From assembly GCF_964194025.1 (NCBI RefSeq), contig NC_134468.1:22196001-22260000 (forward strand): a stretch of 64,000 nucleotides of DNA. Direction: 5' to 3'. The stretch comes from Convolutriloba macropyga. Lineage: Eukaryota. Positions 26,592 through 39,754 of this stretch are shown here, in pieces. Position 1 is the stretch's first letter, and each line of letters opens with the position of its first letter. The position numbers were made by a program, and so were the translations under genes. The notes under the pieces were generated by a model. That model was not told where the DNA came from. It searched no databases and saw nothing but the letters and a program-made list of their open reading frames with translations.

Positions 26592-27370
26592 TAATCCTTG
26601 GAAATAATTATCTCTTCTTACTATTTACATTGCGGACTATATTTCGTAATTTATTCCAAGTTATTTTTAACTAACTTTTGTAGGTAAAGCTTCTCTTTTT
26701 TGTGAGTGCAACGGAGTCCACCAACTAGATAAGCCGTGTTCCGGATATATAACCTGATAGATGACATCAATACTGGCAGATAGCTGCTGGTACCGGCAAC
26801 TTGGTGGGCAACATAGGATAGTTCTCGTCTTTTTATTTAGGCAGTAGGGCTTTATGAGAGATGAACTCGGCTACGAAAACTAATTTAGTCAGGACAAGAC
26901 TTGAAGAGTTATTTTTCTAAAACTTGTTGGAATTTTAGAGGCTGAGCCCGAACCACCTCAGGTGCATTTTGAATTCTACATAGGCAACCACAGAGAAAAA
27001 TCCGATCAATTGAACTGCGTTCTCACAGATTTGTCGAAGTCGAACTAAAATTTCTGAAGCGTTTCAATGAATAAAATTTGTTCACTCGCTGATTTTTGTG
27101 ATACAGAGGTTGGCTTTTAAATACAAGACACAACACAACTGTCACACACAACTCTGCCGACATGGATTTATAACGTTGCCAAAACAAACTTTTGCGAGAA
27201 TCGAATTTCAAACACTGCATTTGAAATCAGTTCAAAGACTCAATAGTTTATAAAATTTGCTTAAGGTTGTTTTGGCGTTTTCAAGAAATGTTTGTTTTCG
27301 AAAAAAAATAACATTTTTTTTAAACTTTGCCACATTTTACCTTATTTTGTCACCTTGCAGCGTACTACCA

Positions 27371-27374
<4 letters not shown>

Positions 27375-27418
<44 letters not shown>
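27375..27418 (+). repeat. (AG)22 microsatellite
   Basis: Direct observation. Confidence 0.97.
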
Positions 27419-27421
<3 letters not shown>

Positions 27422-28399
27422 CAGGGGTGGGGGTTGCATCCTATCCTTTATTATGTGAATCATAAGTCAGTCGTCATTGCTTTTTTATATTTTAAACAGT
27501 CGTTTATTCTTCGATACGATAAATTTAAATAACTTTTATTTGACTTTTCGGCTAATTCGCGTTTTGTGGTACCGTCTTGTCATACTATCACATTAATCAA
27601 AAGTAAAAAATCATATAAATAGCCTTAAAAAAGTTAAATATTCGACGTTTTTATGAAATAGATTATGACATAAACGGCTTCGACGTTTTCTAGCAAAATT
27701 TAACTGATTTTGATTATTATTGCAGGTATTCGTTTTTGCAGTCGTATGACATACTAAATAATAATATTATAACTCAGTGTTTTCCTACGGATCAAAAATT
27801 GCAGCTATTAAATAATGTCGGTTGACAGCTAATAGTTTTGGTGAAGTTGAACTTAACTGTCTTCAAAAAGTATAGAAGTGTTTTTTAACTTTGCCCTTTT
27901 TTAATTTAATTAGAGATTAGAAAATCTCAAATCGAAAGTCAATTACTAATGGATCAAATTTAAGTCCAACTGCGGGTCTAATGAACAGATATTGTAACTT
28001 CAGTGAGAAGCTTTACTTTTTTGCTTCAACACTATTTGCGTAAAATTGTTGAAATTTTGACTTGTGCCAGTATTCGTCATTTGGTTGTCCATTGACTTAA
28101 TCTCACAAATGAAAGGTCCAATTCGCTTCTTATGCTGCTATAAGTTAATCAATTTATTTATTTTTTAGTTGAAAGCTTATGGTTATGACAATGTTTGCTT
28201 TCGAAAAATAACGTTTTTTAGCTTTGCCAATTTTTATCTTAATTTTGTCACCTTGCAGCGTAGTCTCAGAAAAAATATAGGTTACATCCCTCTCAAATGA
28301 ACTTAAATGAAATCCTCATTGAGGCTTTATCTTTTCAATAATGGTGTTTTCACTTTGAAACAACGACTTTTTCTTAACTACAAAGCAATTGAGACTTGT

Positions 28400-30150
28400 G
28401 TGGGATGAGAATAGGCAACAAATCCACAAAAAAAAGAAGTTGAACAATGTCATTTTTTAAACTAAATAACTTTCAAAAGTCACTATTTTGTCCACACCAA
28501 TTGTAAAACTGTGACTTCAAAAAACAACAAATATGAACAATTAGACAAAAACCACGAAATGTTTGAGAAAACTCTAAGTATCAAAGATAATAAAAGCAGC
28601 AGCTTTCAATCGAAATAAAAAAAACGCTAAAATCTGCCTCAATGGGAAGCAAATGACATCTGTAATTAAGCCCAAAAATCTGTCATCACCAAAAAAAAAT
28701 GACAACGACAACAAATACAGGCGGAAACATAAATTTCGATAGAAAAGTCCGAGAACGAGAAGAAAGTAACAAAGCCATAAAAACCATAAGCTATTTTCTG
28801 AAAACCTGATCTATGTTTAACTGGACGTCTCCTAAGCGCAAATGGGATCGGTCAATGCTGAGATAAGTTGATAAGATTTCGAAAAGAACTAGAATTATAA
28901 ACAAATATCCAAAAAATAGAAAAAAATATACGAAAATTTCTAACATCGAAGTCATAAAACCAATAGTTAGAACATAAAATTACCACCAAATTTAAGATTT
29001 GGTTATAGTGGCAAGAATTTCAGCTGAGAAACTATTAGTGATGAGAGGAGTCGGAACACGTACACGCCGATTACCCGAGGACAGTGTCGCAGCCAATAAA
29101 AAGCCTTTCAGAGAAAACTGTTTTTATGTTCAAATATTTTGTCCACGCCAATCGGATCCTGGTTATTGTAATACTCTAAGACTTCAAAAAACAACAAATA
29201 TGAACAATTATACAAAAACTACGAAATGTCTGAGAAATCTGGAAGTATCAAAGATAATAAAATTAGTAGCTTTCAATCGAAATCAATCAGAACGCTAAAT
29301 TCTGCATCAATGGGAAGCCAATGACATCTGTAATTAAGTACAACAATCTGTCATCACCAAAAAAATTATGACTGAGAACGATATCAAATAGTTACATCGA
29401 AGTCATACAACCAATAGTTAGCGCATAAAACCACCAACAAATTTAGACTTGAATTAAGTGGCAAAAACATGGCTGCTGTGGTTAGTGGGAGTGAACTACA
29501 CGTTCACAGGAATGAGTTTAAAATCGGTTAACAACGAATTTTTAGAATTTTTTTTTTAAGTCTTAACAGCACATTTCCACTCAGAGCCCTAAACAGGTTC
29601 ACTTAATGCTCTTTATGCATCCAATTGCACTTTTATTCAACAAGTCTATACCAAAGAACTATAAAAATACAATTAAACATGAAAAACGAAATCACAATTT
29701 TATTAAAAATTACAAAAGTTGTCGAAGGAAAATACATGATCGATTCCTTGAAAACAAATTATTTGTTCATTGGGCCTCATTTGACTGTAAATGAGGTTTG
29801 CCATTAATTGAACCTGGATTTGAAAAAAGAGACTAGTCTCTAATTGACATGCAGAAAACGAACAAAAAAATACGAAGAGATTAAAATAAAACAGCGCTCC
29901 AACAGAATTCGAATTTTTTTGATAGAATTTACCGATGACACTAAAACTAATCCTTCTATTGCTTTTCGTCTATTAGGAACGTCAAATTGTTTCATTTTTA
30001 GCGTGAACTCTAATTTTGAATTAACATTTTTATAGAAAATTTGGGCAAAAAAGTGAAGATCATGCCAAATATCAAGTGCTCACACAAAACTTTAAACCTC
30101 GATATCTCCCCAAGAAATTACGAAACCCAAAAATTCCTTCTCACAGAATT
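28400..30150 (-). mobile_element. Family A internal sequence, reverse orientation, termini not seen (boundaries approximate)
   Basis: e.g. tttaaacctcgatatctcc (~30091) and caggttcacttaatgctc (~29594) are reverse complements of segments at ~5090 and ~5620. Confidence 0.6.
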
Positions 30151-31513
30151 AACTTCCATAGTATTTCTCGATAAAAATTTGTTTAAGTAACATCCTGGTA
30201 TTTTTAATTTTCATGGGCTCTGTATACTGTAATAACTATATATTCAATATATTTCTTTCAAAATTAACAGTTGCAATTATTAGTTTTTGTTCAAGATTTG
30301 TTCAAAAATTTTTTAATTTAATTTTTCAAAAAATTACTCAGCTCCTATATTTTCAATGAGATAAAATTTAAGAAAAGACGACTGAACTTAATCAAAATTG
30401 AGTGAGTTACCCTCGATCTTAAGTTTTCATTCAGTCGCTTCTATATGTGAGAATTTACAATTTCCTCGTCAGCGTGAATTTCCCCCTTTTAGCGAATTTT
30501 CCCTTATGATGAATGAAACATCTTTACTGACACTCATTTCTGTGATTTTAAAATTGTCTTTTCTGTCTTTAACTGTTTAACTTGTTAAATTGTCTTTCTA
30601 GTTTAACTTTTATAGTTTTTTGGTTAAACTTCTTCAGTTTTCAGTAAACCTTGGCTTTATCTCCAATTTTTACTTCAATTTTGATGTAAGAATTTGAGCT
30701 GAGCGACTATTGCTGTTGAGACGAGTCGCAACATGTACACGCCGATTACCCAGCCTCCTTGTAGTTATAATTGTCGGACATGCAAATTTATCACACGTTG
30801 GTGATTAACGCGAGCAATTACTATGTTACCAAAAAATTAGTGCAGAAAGGGACAGGTGCCGTTTTTTTAATTGTTCAAAAATTCAAAACAATAACCATAT
30901 ATTAATACCTTCAGAATTCAAATTGATCGTTGACAAGCTTCACAAACGCGAAGAGAACAACTGAAAAAAAATCACCAACACCGTGAAAACATGTTGTACG
31001 ATGATAGGCTTCAACAACGTGGAAATTCGACTACCGGGCACTTTTGACGCCGATTCGTCCAAACATTTTTCTTCCAATTAATACGAGCGCCTTATTTATT
31101 TCTATCTATCTCTCGTCCTTCTGGAAAACAGAAAAAAAAGACTGCAGCACTCCGATACGTTTCAAATTCGATTAATTGTTAACAAAACTTGAATCCAACC
31201 TCGTCAATTTACAGTTACACATAAATCCTCAAAAGAAATACGCAAAAGGCAATCGTTACTGAGAGAGAAGTATATCAACCGCACATTATATTGACTATAT
31301 CAATTTACTCGATTGTTCCGAGAAAAGCAGTCATTTGTGCCTATGTTAATTGCTCTATTGTATCAAAGAAGCCTTATTTAAGTCGAGGAGTCTAAAACCT
31401 GAATAGATTCCCGCTAACTAATGGCCTAAGAAATAACGTCTTTCACAAAAGCATCATTAATTCACGTCCCACAGATAAATAATCAATAATAACCTCTATC
31501 AATATTAATGGAA

Positions 31514-32044
31514 TCAAGAATTTGAAGTAGATCTAATTTGGGATTTGTATCTATCTTCCTCTTCGTCTGTTTTCTTCTTTGCATCCTCAATGACCTTTTT
31601 CCATTGCACTCTGGGGTCGATGAATCCTTTTCCAGTTACTTTTCCAAACGAGTTGGGACCAGTTGATGTTGGTGTATTTTTACCCATATTTTTCAGCCTT
31701 AACTTTGCCTCAAAAGGCATTTCTTCGTCGTCATCCGAACTGTCTCCACCGAAAACATTAGCCACCGTCATTTTAGGCCGGTCAGTCACTTTTGAACTGC
31801 TCTTGATGGGCGCACTGTTTTGTTTCATTGCTGTGCTGGTATGCTTTCCAAGTTTTGCTTTCGTTGATACTTCATCTTTTGATTCTGAATGCTCTGATTT
31901 TCGTTTCTGTTCACGTGTCGGTTCCGACTCATTCAGTGGACTGCTTTTGCGCTTCCGCTGTGCAGACTCTGTAGATGTTTGTGGAATTGCAGATGGATTA
32001 TGTCGGTGGTGGGTGTCTAAAGGGGCTTTACTACTGTGGCTCAT
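31514..32044 (-). CDS. PCNP: PEST proteolytic signal-containing nuclear protein (intronless CDS)
   Basis: VANVFGGDSSDDDEEMPFEAKLRLKNMGKNTPTSTGPNSFGK...GF matches the PCNP motif [27 protein letters not shown]. Confidence 0.92.
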   Translation of the reverse strand: MSHSSKAPLDTHHRHNPSAIPQTSTESAQRKRKSSPLNESEPTREQKRKSEHSESKDEVSTKAKLGKHTSTAMKQNSAPIKSSSKVTDRPKMTVANVFGGDSSDDDEEMPFEAKLRLKNMGKNTPTSTGPNSFGKVTGKGFIDPRVQWKKVIEDAKKKTDEEEDRYKSQIRSTSNS

Positions 32045-32694
32045 ATTGCAATCTAGAAGAACCTGAAGGGTGTCAAAACAACTATCGACAAGGAACAGCC
32101 GTGACTTTCACCACAAAAGGTTTTTAAAAAGAAAACATCACATTGTTATAGTTTTCTTGGGTTCATTCTTGAACTTAGAAGCAACGGAATTGACAAGCAA
32201 ATGAAGCAAAATGTGAGCATGAAGGCAATGACGCCACTCATATAAATGTTTCCTGCAAATTTGCCACCTGGTAAACATAACAAAGCCTGCCATGTTTGTC
32301 GATACAGCATTGCGGCTGTCTGCAAGTTATGTCTTTAAGTTGCTATCAATCAATTTATTTATTCACTGACAAGGAAGTGAATTATTTTTTTGCCATCAAG
32401 CTAATTTTGTATAGCTACAAGATTATCAGCCATGTTCTAAATAGTACTTGAAGTCTTAGGAAAGCTAAAAATCATAAAATTTTTTTTACATCATCCTAAA
32501 TTGAAGGCCAGCTCCAGAAATGTCAAACGTTTTTAGCTGCACAGATGCCGCATGAACAGAACAATTTTGTAACAAAAACAAAATTTAGCAAATTGCAATC
32601 TTTATAATTTCATACACCATTAACTTGATTTGATCATTTGTACACACGGGGTTAGCAGAAAAATATTTGACAAAAAAGCGGCAAATAAAACGGA

Positions 32695-33068
32695 AAAAAC
32701 ATAACCGACTAACGCCGGGTAATTTGCTCTCAAGCAACTGGCGATCGGTTGATTTAATCAGTAGCTAGCTGCGGCTTATAGAGGCTAGATTTGACTTAAT
32801 TGAGGGTGGGGTGAGCATGGGGGCGTGGTAATCATTGGGGGAGGGGGGGGGGGGTGGGCGACCAAGTGAGGGGGAGGGGGAGTTAAGTGAGAAGGGGTCA
32901 AATCAAAGATATATATCTCTCCAACAGTTTCGATGAATCGCATGTCAGAGGCTGGTGAGCCGCAAGACAAAGATGATGAAAAGGCAATGTTCAGACGAAA
33001 CAAACCATCAGCCAAAAAGTCCAGAAGGACTAATATAATTGCTACAAACTTTGTTTGAGAGCAATTAA
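32695..33068 (-). mobile_element. Family E element
   Basis: AAAACATAACCGACTAACGCCGG...TTGCTCTC at the left end, G-rich core, GAGAGCAATTAA at the right end. Confidence 0.7.
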
Positions 33069-33105
33069 TAAACTTAACAGATGCCGAAACAAGATGACTC
33101 GAACA

Positions 33106-33154
33106 CGAACTTGCCGCTAACGAACTTGTCGCTAACGAACTTGTCGCTAACGAA
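33106..33154 (+). repeat. 15-bp tandem repeat (cgaacttgtcgctaa) x3
   Basis: Direct observation. Confidence 0.9.
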
Positions 33155-34170
33155 GTCTTCACTACAAAAGCATGTCAAAATTGAGCTGAGATCTAACAAT
33201 GCCCAGGTATTAAATCTTAGACATTAAATATAAACAATAAAAATCGACAAATAGGTTTAAAGTCAGCATTACACAAAAATATTCATTGTTTTCGCCAATG
33301 ATATTAGCCCTGCTATGAAAACTCGCACCGTTGAAAGTGTAGAGAACGGAAAACAAGATGCTTTCAAAGAAGGTATTTGAAAAACTCAGTTAAAAAATAA
33401 AGCTCTGTCAGCATCAATCAAAAAAACAAATCCAGACAAATTCATAACTCATAATTTTGGTTATTAGTTTCAAAATCTAGACACAATCTAAACAATAAGA
33501 TCATTGAGTGGGTTTTGACTACCTTCTGCTGTTCAGATGTACATCGGAACTTTCACTATCGTGAAAGGGTGTGGAAACAGCAGAAAAAGGTTTGTAATAG
33601 AACAATGTCTGCAAATTTAAATACCCACAAGAGTTTCCAATCCTAAATATGTTGAGAACTGTGATATAACAGCCATATAAACATTTGACAAGCAAAATAA
33701 TTGGAAACCAAGCAACTTCACTGAAAACTAAGAATTAAAAAGTTCATATTTAAATGTTAGATTTCGATCACAAATCAAAAATACTTTTTACATAGGGACA
33801 AATATTCTTTGATTTTTCACGAAAACTAGAAAAAAATGAAAAACACTCGTTGATAATCTGGCAAAAAATATTCCTCTGCTACTTTCGTAACTTTTGCAAA
33901 CGAAAAACTTTCGTCAACATTACAAAAAAAAATTTTCGAACAAAATTTGCTCACTTGAGTTAATAATGAAAACTAGTTCGAAATAACAAATTAAAACACA
34001 AAAATTGCCAAATTAATGGCCCAAAATTGATTAGAGAAAATTATAGAGACAATGCTTCCCGCCAAATCCGAACATTCGTGGCATGCCCAGCTGACCGAAT
34101 TCAAACCATTTTGAATGATTGAGCACCAAAACAATTGAAAAAATGAAGATTCAAAAATCTCTCAAAACTG

Positions 34171-34446
34171 AACATAACCGTCTAACGTCTGGCTAATTGC
34201 TCTCAATTGACAGTAATTATTGACAATCAGCTGGAGCTAATTGTCAGTAATTAGCTCCGGCTTAGATAGGCTAAAGCTTAATTGACGCGGGTGGCCCTCT
34301 CGGCTTCACCTGATTAACCCGTTTTAAGGACGAATAGTCAATGGCCAAACGAAAAAAAAAAGAAACGAGTCCGTAGCAGGAAGATTGCGTGAAAACGACC
34401 AGCATGACTAATACAATAGCTAAAAACTCCGCTTTAGAGCAGTTAA
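34171..34446 (-). mobile_element. Family E element, short copy
   Basis: AACATAACCGTCTAACGTCTGGCTAATTGCTCTC ... E core ... AGAGCAGTTAA. Confidence 0.7.
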
Positions 34447-35198
34447 AAATTCGAAATTATTTCGTTGCCCAAATATTTTTGCCTACAATGCATATTAGAT
34501 GAAAATGTGGATATGATAGACTCAAATTCAAATTCTGAAATAAATTTAAATAAACATTTAAGATTGAAGCGAATGTAAAGTGGTTATAAAATGACGGAAT
34601 ATTGAGATAAAATAACCAAAATTGCATGATTTAGCAAAAATTTGGTTAAATTGGGGCAAATTACGCAAACAAAATAAAATAATTTTGTTTGCGTAATTGG
34701 TCACAGTATTCGCAATTCAAAAGTTGGTCACAGTATTCGCAATTTTGAGAAATGAAATACGTGAATACTTCGTGAAATTCGAAGTAAGACCAAATGCCCC
34801 GTATGACCAAATAGCAAAGCCTAAAAATTAACAAAGCTCAAAAATGGTGTCCGAATAGCATTATCATAGCAGAAATTATTATCTCTTAATTGCTTTGAAT
34901 TTTTCTTTTAATGCATCTATAGAGCCGCTCAAAGGCAATAACTGGAAATTGGAAAAAAAAGCTTGAATGGCCAGAAATACGTTGAAGTATCGGCTGAAAA
35001 GACATCTAAGCCGCTCGCACATTTCCATTACGCAGAGAACTGCTAAACCCTAATGCAGAAAATAGCAGATAATCGTGAAAAATAAACTAAATCAAAATGA
35101 TATGTATACAAATTACGCATTTTAAACATTAAATATCCTAACTAAACTTGTTTTAAGTTTTGATATGTATAGTTTCGTTGATAAATGACAATGGTGAG

Positions 35199-36407
35199 TC
35201 ACAGTTTCTCAACGGTGACTTGGGCTTTGCCAACGTGCATGTGATTGGCATGTCCATTCATATAGTGCGATGCAGGTGGGGGTGGTGGCGCAATTTTCTT
35301 CTTCGTTTTAGGAGCAACTGGGGATTGGGAATCTTGAACTGGATCAATCTTTATAATCTCAATTACTTCTTTAGCTTTCTTGTGTTCATTTTCCTTTGTC
35401 ACAATAGGCGAGTTTATTTCTCCATTCGATGTGATAGTTATTCGTCCACTGGTATCATCTTTCTCTTGAATTGTGACATGTTTCGGCTCCGAGAGAAAAC
35501 CGAAACCCGGTTGGTCAAAGCCCGATGACGAGGATTCAATGGCACTTAAATTTCCCTTCTGAGAACGCAACTTCCGCTTTTGTTCCAACTCTTGGAACTT
35601 TATTCTTTCTCTCTCTTTGCTTTTATCAATTCGCATATCCATTAAAACATCAGCTTTCTTGGGACTGTCAAGTTTCTGAGGACTGTCAAATTGTTTTGGA
35701 CTTTCAATCTTCATAGAACCATTTAGTTTCTTTGGACTGTCAAGCTTCACGGGGCTATCAAGTTTCTGAGGACAATCAAATTGTTTTGGGCTGTCAAGCT
35801 TCATAGAATCATTTGGTTTCTTTGGACTGTCGATTTTCACAGGGTTATCAAGTTTCTGAGGACTGTCAAATTTCTTTGGACTTTCCACTATGATTGGACT
35901 AGTTGCGTTACTTGATCCGGCATTCAGAGAACGGTCAAGTCCAAGGGGGCTCTGAGATCCGTCGTTGACGGCATTGATTCGTTGGTTCCACTCTAGAGTT
36001 CGGCTTCTGACACGAATTGACTCGTCGGCATCGTTTTGAGGAACGATTTCAATTCTATCGCAAGTGGGGCGTTTCTCAATAGGCAAATGGTCCAAACTAC
36101 TATTTGAAAACTGTCTATTCGCGACTGATCCGTTCGGCATACTCCACTGTGACGTCGTCTTACGATTCTTCATCTCCTCGAAAACTTCATTCTGCCTCTG
36201 CTGAAGTTCGTTTTCTTTCAATGCAAAATGGAATACTTGATCCCACTTCTTCCGCATCGATTCTATTTTGATAGGCTTTGATTCTATTTCGGCCGGATCC
36301 ATATTTGTTTGCAAGTCTGTTGAATCTGCGCCGCCGTTTGAAATTTCATCCAAGGTCAAAAAGAGCGAGCTGGCAACTATGTTGACGGACCAATGTGACT
36401 GCTTTAT
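35199..36407 (-). CDS. Orphan low-complexity protein with SPKK-type repeats, terminal exon
   Basis: 1209-nt open frame after the acceptor atttgctttag (phase 0); charged, possibly coiled-coil segments and a PPPPP tract; no family recognised. Confidence 0.8.
   Translation of the reverse strand: MKQSHWSVNIVASSLFLTLDEISNGGADSTDLQTNMDPAEIESKPIKIESMRKKWDQVFHFALKENELQQRQNEVFEEMKNRKTTSQWSMPNGSVANRQFSNSSLDHLPIEKRPTCDRIEIVPQNDADESIRVRSRTLEWNQRINAVNDGSQSPLGLDRSLNAGSSNATSPIIVESPKKFDSPQKLDNPVKIDSPKKPNDSMKLDSPKQFDCPQKLDSPVKLDSPKKLNGSMKIESPKQFDSPQKLDSPKKADVLMDMRIDKSKERERIKFQELEQKRKLRSQKGNLSAIESSSSGFDQPGFGFLSEPKHVTIQEKDDTSGRITITSNGEINSPIVTKENEHKKAKEVIEIIKIDPVQDSQSPVAPKTKKKIAPPPPPASHYMNGHANHMHVGKAQVTVEKL
35652..35885 (-). 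repeat. In-frame 18-bp x13 coding minisatellite with a 90-bp higher-order period
   Basis: ESPKKF DSPQKL DNPVKI DSPKKP NDSMKL / DSPKQF DCPQKL DSPVKL DSPKKL NGSMKI / ESPKQF DSPQKL DSPKKA. Confidence 0.9.
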
Positions 36408-38149
36408 CTAAAGCAAATTAAAAATAAATAACTCAGCTATTATAAAGTAAACAGCTTCAGATAAATTCTAATTTGAACAAAGACCAAAGTATGCAGAAAG
36501 CGAAAATATAGTTGTAGAAAACTACCAAATGTGAAAGAAAATATGATCAAAGAAACTATGCGTGTTTAAGAGAATTTAAAATTTTTCGTTCATTTTCAGT
36601 CAATTATTTTCAACCAAAACCATTTAACAAGCTATTACTTGTAGTATACCTTTCTGATACAAGCATACTATGGTGCGTAGATAACAAATCATACTGCGTC
36701 GATATACGTTTTTAGCGGTCTATAAAATACACGCCACTAGAGAAGCACAGCTTAAATACGCTAGCTACAAATTGCTAGTAAACGCCTCATTCAAACAGAG
36801 CTCAGGTAAATAACACCATTCGGAAAGAGAAGCAGGCAGACAGTTTCAGAATGAGAATATACTTAAACCTTTGGTAGGGGAGCTGAAAGGACAAAAGAAA
36901 GGATGAAATTAGACCGTCTTTTTCAAACACAGTTTAGCACATGCTAAAGGTAACAGCTACAAAAAGATTATCCTACTAGAGAAAAAAAGGTTGAATCACT
37001 GTTAGACTAAAAATGGTCTATTTGAGGACTGTTATGCAATAGGGAATATTTCTCCTATTTATCCTAGAACGAAAACAAGTAAAAACTGCACTGGTTACCT
37101 CAAACTTGTTGCATAATAATTTTCAAATCCCACAGGCTATTTTTGCAGCTCATGATAAAATTAGGACAAAAGATAACGCAAACCCCCCCCCCCCCCCCAC
37201 ATCATTTTTGGACGACAAAATTAATCATGCGCATCATCTACATACAGAAATTTGAGGAGCAGTAACAACTAAGTTCTGTGTTCTGTTCCCAACTAGCTGC
37301 GTCCAGCACGATGCGAATTCCAAATTACATCGGTTTTGCAGACAAACAGTATTTAACCAGTTTGATGACATTAAACTTCCTGAACAATTTTTATTTCTGT
37401 TTTCAGTTAAGACAAACGTTTCCTTTTTGAATAGTTAAGACCATACAGGGTAATTATTTTCTCTCAAAGAATAAATCATAAGTTCTACCCCCAATTGCTC
37501 CTCAAAATTGTCAAAAAGCAATTAAATCGTAATACTATACTCAGGGTAAGTTTTCCTAAAATGAAATTTCATTTAATTAACGTGTTCAGTAAAAAACAGT
37601 AAGGGTTAACGCCTAAATTATATAAATGGGGGTAGGAAATGTATGCTAGTCTTGTTGTTCAGCCGAATTATGTGATTCGCATCATTCGGTAAACGCATTA
37701 TGATTAGAAATCAATATAAACTGAATCCGATTTAAGATAATTTGAAAAAGATCTAAAATTTTTTTATTTCTCGGTGAAAAACCATCATTTTGTCGACGTT
37801 CAAATCTGGACATAACAGTTTTAAAAAGTCATGTTTGACGTCTCTTTAAGAGAAACGCGATAGCGAACATTCCTTTTTCTATTATCAACAGCTTTATGCG
37901 TAACATAATTGCACTCAGGTACAAAATTTATTGGCTCCATTGAAAAAGGTAAAGGATTTAAAAAGATTTCGAGAAATCATTTTTCACTTTTCAAGCTTAA
38001 CTTTTTTTCTTCTTAAAAAATCCACCGTCATTGGAGAAAAGCAAATAGAGGTCTTTTTCTACGAATGCGAGTAGTTAGCATCAGTTGAAAAAATTACTAC
38101 GCGAAACATCGAATATAGCTGTGAAATAGACTCAGTTGCCGTAGAATTT

Positions 38150-39025
38150 AAAACATAAACCAACGTCAGAGGAATTGCTCTCAAACGACAGTCGGCGCAA
38201 TTTAACTCAGATGGGTTTTAGCCCATTTAAATAATATGGTCACAAATCATTTGACTAGAGGGGGTTCAAATCAGCGATGTCCTGCATCCTAGACAGAGGT
38301 ATTACCCACTTGGCTATCAGGTGATTGCAATTGCATATTACCATTGCATTTATTTTGATAACCGACTTCATTTCTAAATGAGAGCAACTTAGATGACGCA
38401 AAAATCAAAATTAATTGAAGATATCAACGACGATAAAAAACTCTGATGAGCTTTCAGCAGTAGATTGTAGCTTTTGGTCAACTTCCAAATTTTTTGGTGA
38501 ACTTAAACATTATTTAATTGAAATTCAGTCCTATGGAGCAAAAATCATTTTGTTGAGTCATGTATGATCAAAGTCAGAGTAACGCAAAACATAAACCAAC
38601 GTCAGAGGAATTGCTCTCAAACGACAGTCGGCGCAATTTAACTCAGATGGGTTTTAGCCCATTTAAATAATATGGTCACAAAACATTTGACTAGAGGGGG
38701 TTCAAATCAGCGATCTCCTGCATCCTAGACAGAGGTATTACCCACTTGGCTATCAGGTGCTTGCAATTGCATATTAGCATTGCATTTATTTTGATAACCG
38801 ACTTCATTTCTAAATGAGAGCAACTTAGATGACTCAAAAATCAAAATTAATTGAAGATATCAACGACGATAAAAAAAAACTGATGAGCTTTCAGCAGTAG
38901 ATTGTAGCTTTTGGTCAACTTCCAAATTTTTTGGTGAACTTAAACATTATTTAATTGAAATTCAGTCCTATGGAGCAAAAATCATTTTGTTGAGTCATGT
39001 ATGATCAAAGTCAGAGTAACGCAAA
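38150..39025 (+). repeat. Near-identical tandem duplication, ~436-bp unit
   Basis: Units start at 38150 and 38586, each with aaaacataaaccaacgtcagaggaattgctctc; only a few substitutions differ. Confidence 0.93.
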
Positions 39026-39217
39026 TGAGATAGAAGTTTGCGAAAAAAATTTTTACGAACGTAATTGACGCTAATGAGATGAAATTAAGGAAATTTTTCA
39101 CTTTTCCAGTACTTCCCTATAATTAAACTTCGCCGTAAGCCGACGAAACGAAAAAGAAATCAGGAGTAGTGCCATATAACTACGTTCAGCTTATCAACTT
39201 TAAAAACATTGGTGCTC

Positions 39218-39433
39218 CTGAGGATCAAACATTAGCTTTCCCTGTATGATGATACACCAAATTTTGAATTTTAAAAATACGACTTTTGTATTGGAACGCG
39301 TAGAAACTTGTGCAAACTGAATTACTGAGGATCAAACATTAGCTTTCCCTGAATGATGATACACCAAATTTTGAATTTTAAAAATACGACTTTTGTATTG
39401 GAACGCGTAGAAACTTGTGCAAACTGAATTACT
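39218..39433 (+). repeat. Tandem duplication, 107-bp unit
   Basis: ctgaggatcaaacattagc... starts at 39218 and again at 39325. Confidence 0.93.
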
Positions 39434-39754
39434 AATGATCTACCTGGCTCTGTCCTGCGATTACTGTTTAATGTTCGTTGTCTAGCAAATTTTTCCACCA
39501 GAAAAATTTGGGTGCGAGACATTAAACCGCACGCAAACGACTGGCAGTAACAATGGCAATTGATTCTTGCCTTTTTGAGATCTATAATTTTTTATATCTA
39601 TTTTATATTAGTATCTTTTGAAAATACACAAAGGCATCCTCGGAAAACAACTTATGAACCAAAAACCCAGAAACTGGTAAAAGTTGACGAACATTCATTT
39701 GCGAGCGAAAATGAAGATCGTCATGAGCCACAAATTGTCTCAGTAGATAAAATA

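Noticed and set aside
31545-32066. 173-aa plus-strand ORF (also 35160-35528, 55703-55960 and the minus-strand ORFs over gag-pol)
   Set aside because: Antisense shadows of real coding sequence.
32785-33162. 125-aa Pro-rich ORF
   Set aside because: Artefact of a 15-bp tandem repeat plus the G-rich tract of a family E element.
38150-39433. Possible CRISPR-like array (also 2460-2535, 20569-20904, 33106-33154)
   Set aside because: Plain tandem duplications without unique spacers, in a eukaryotic context with no cas genes.
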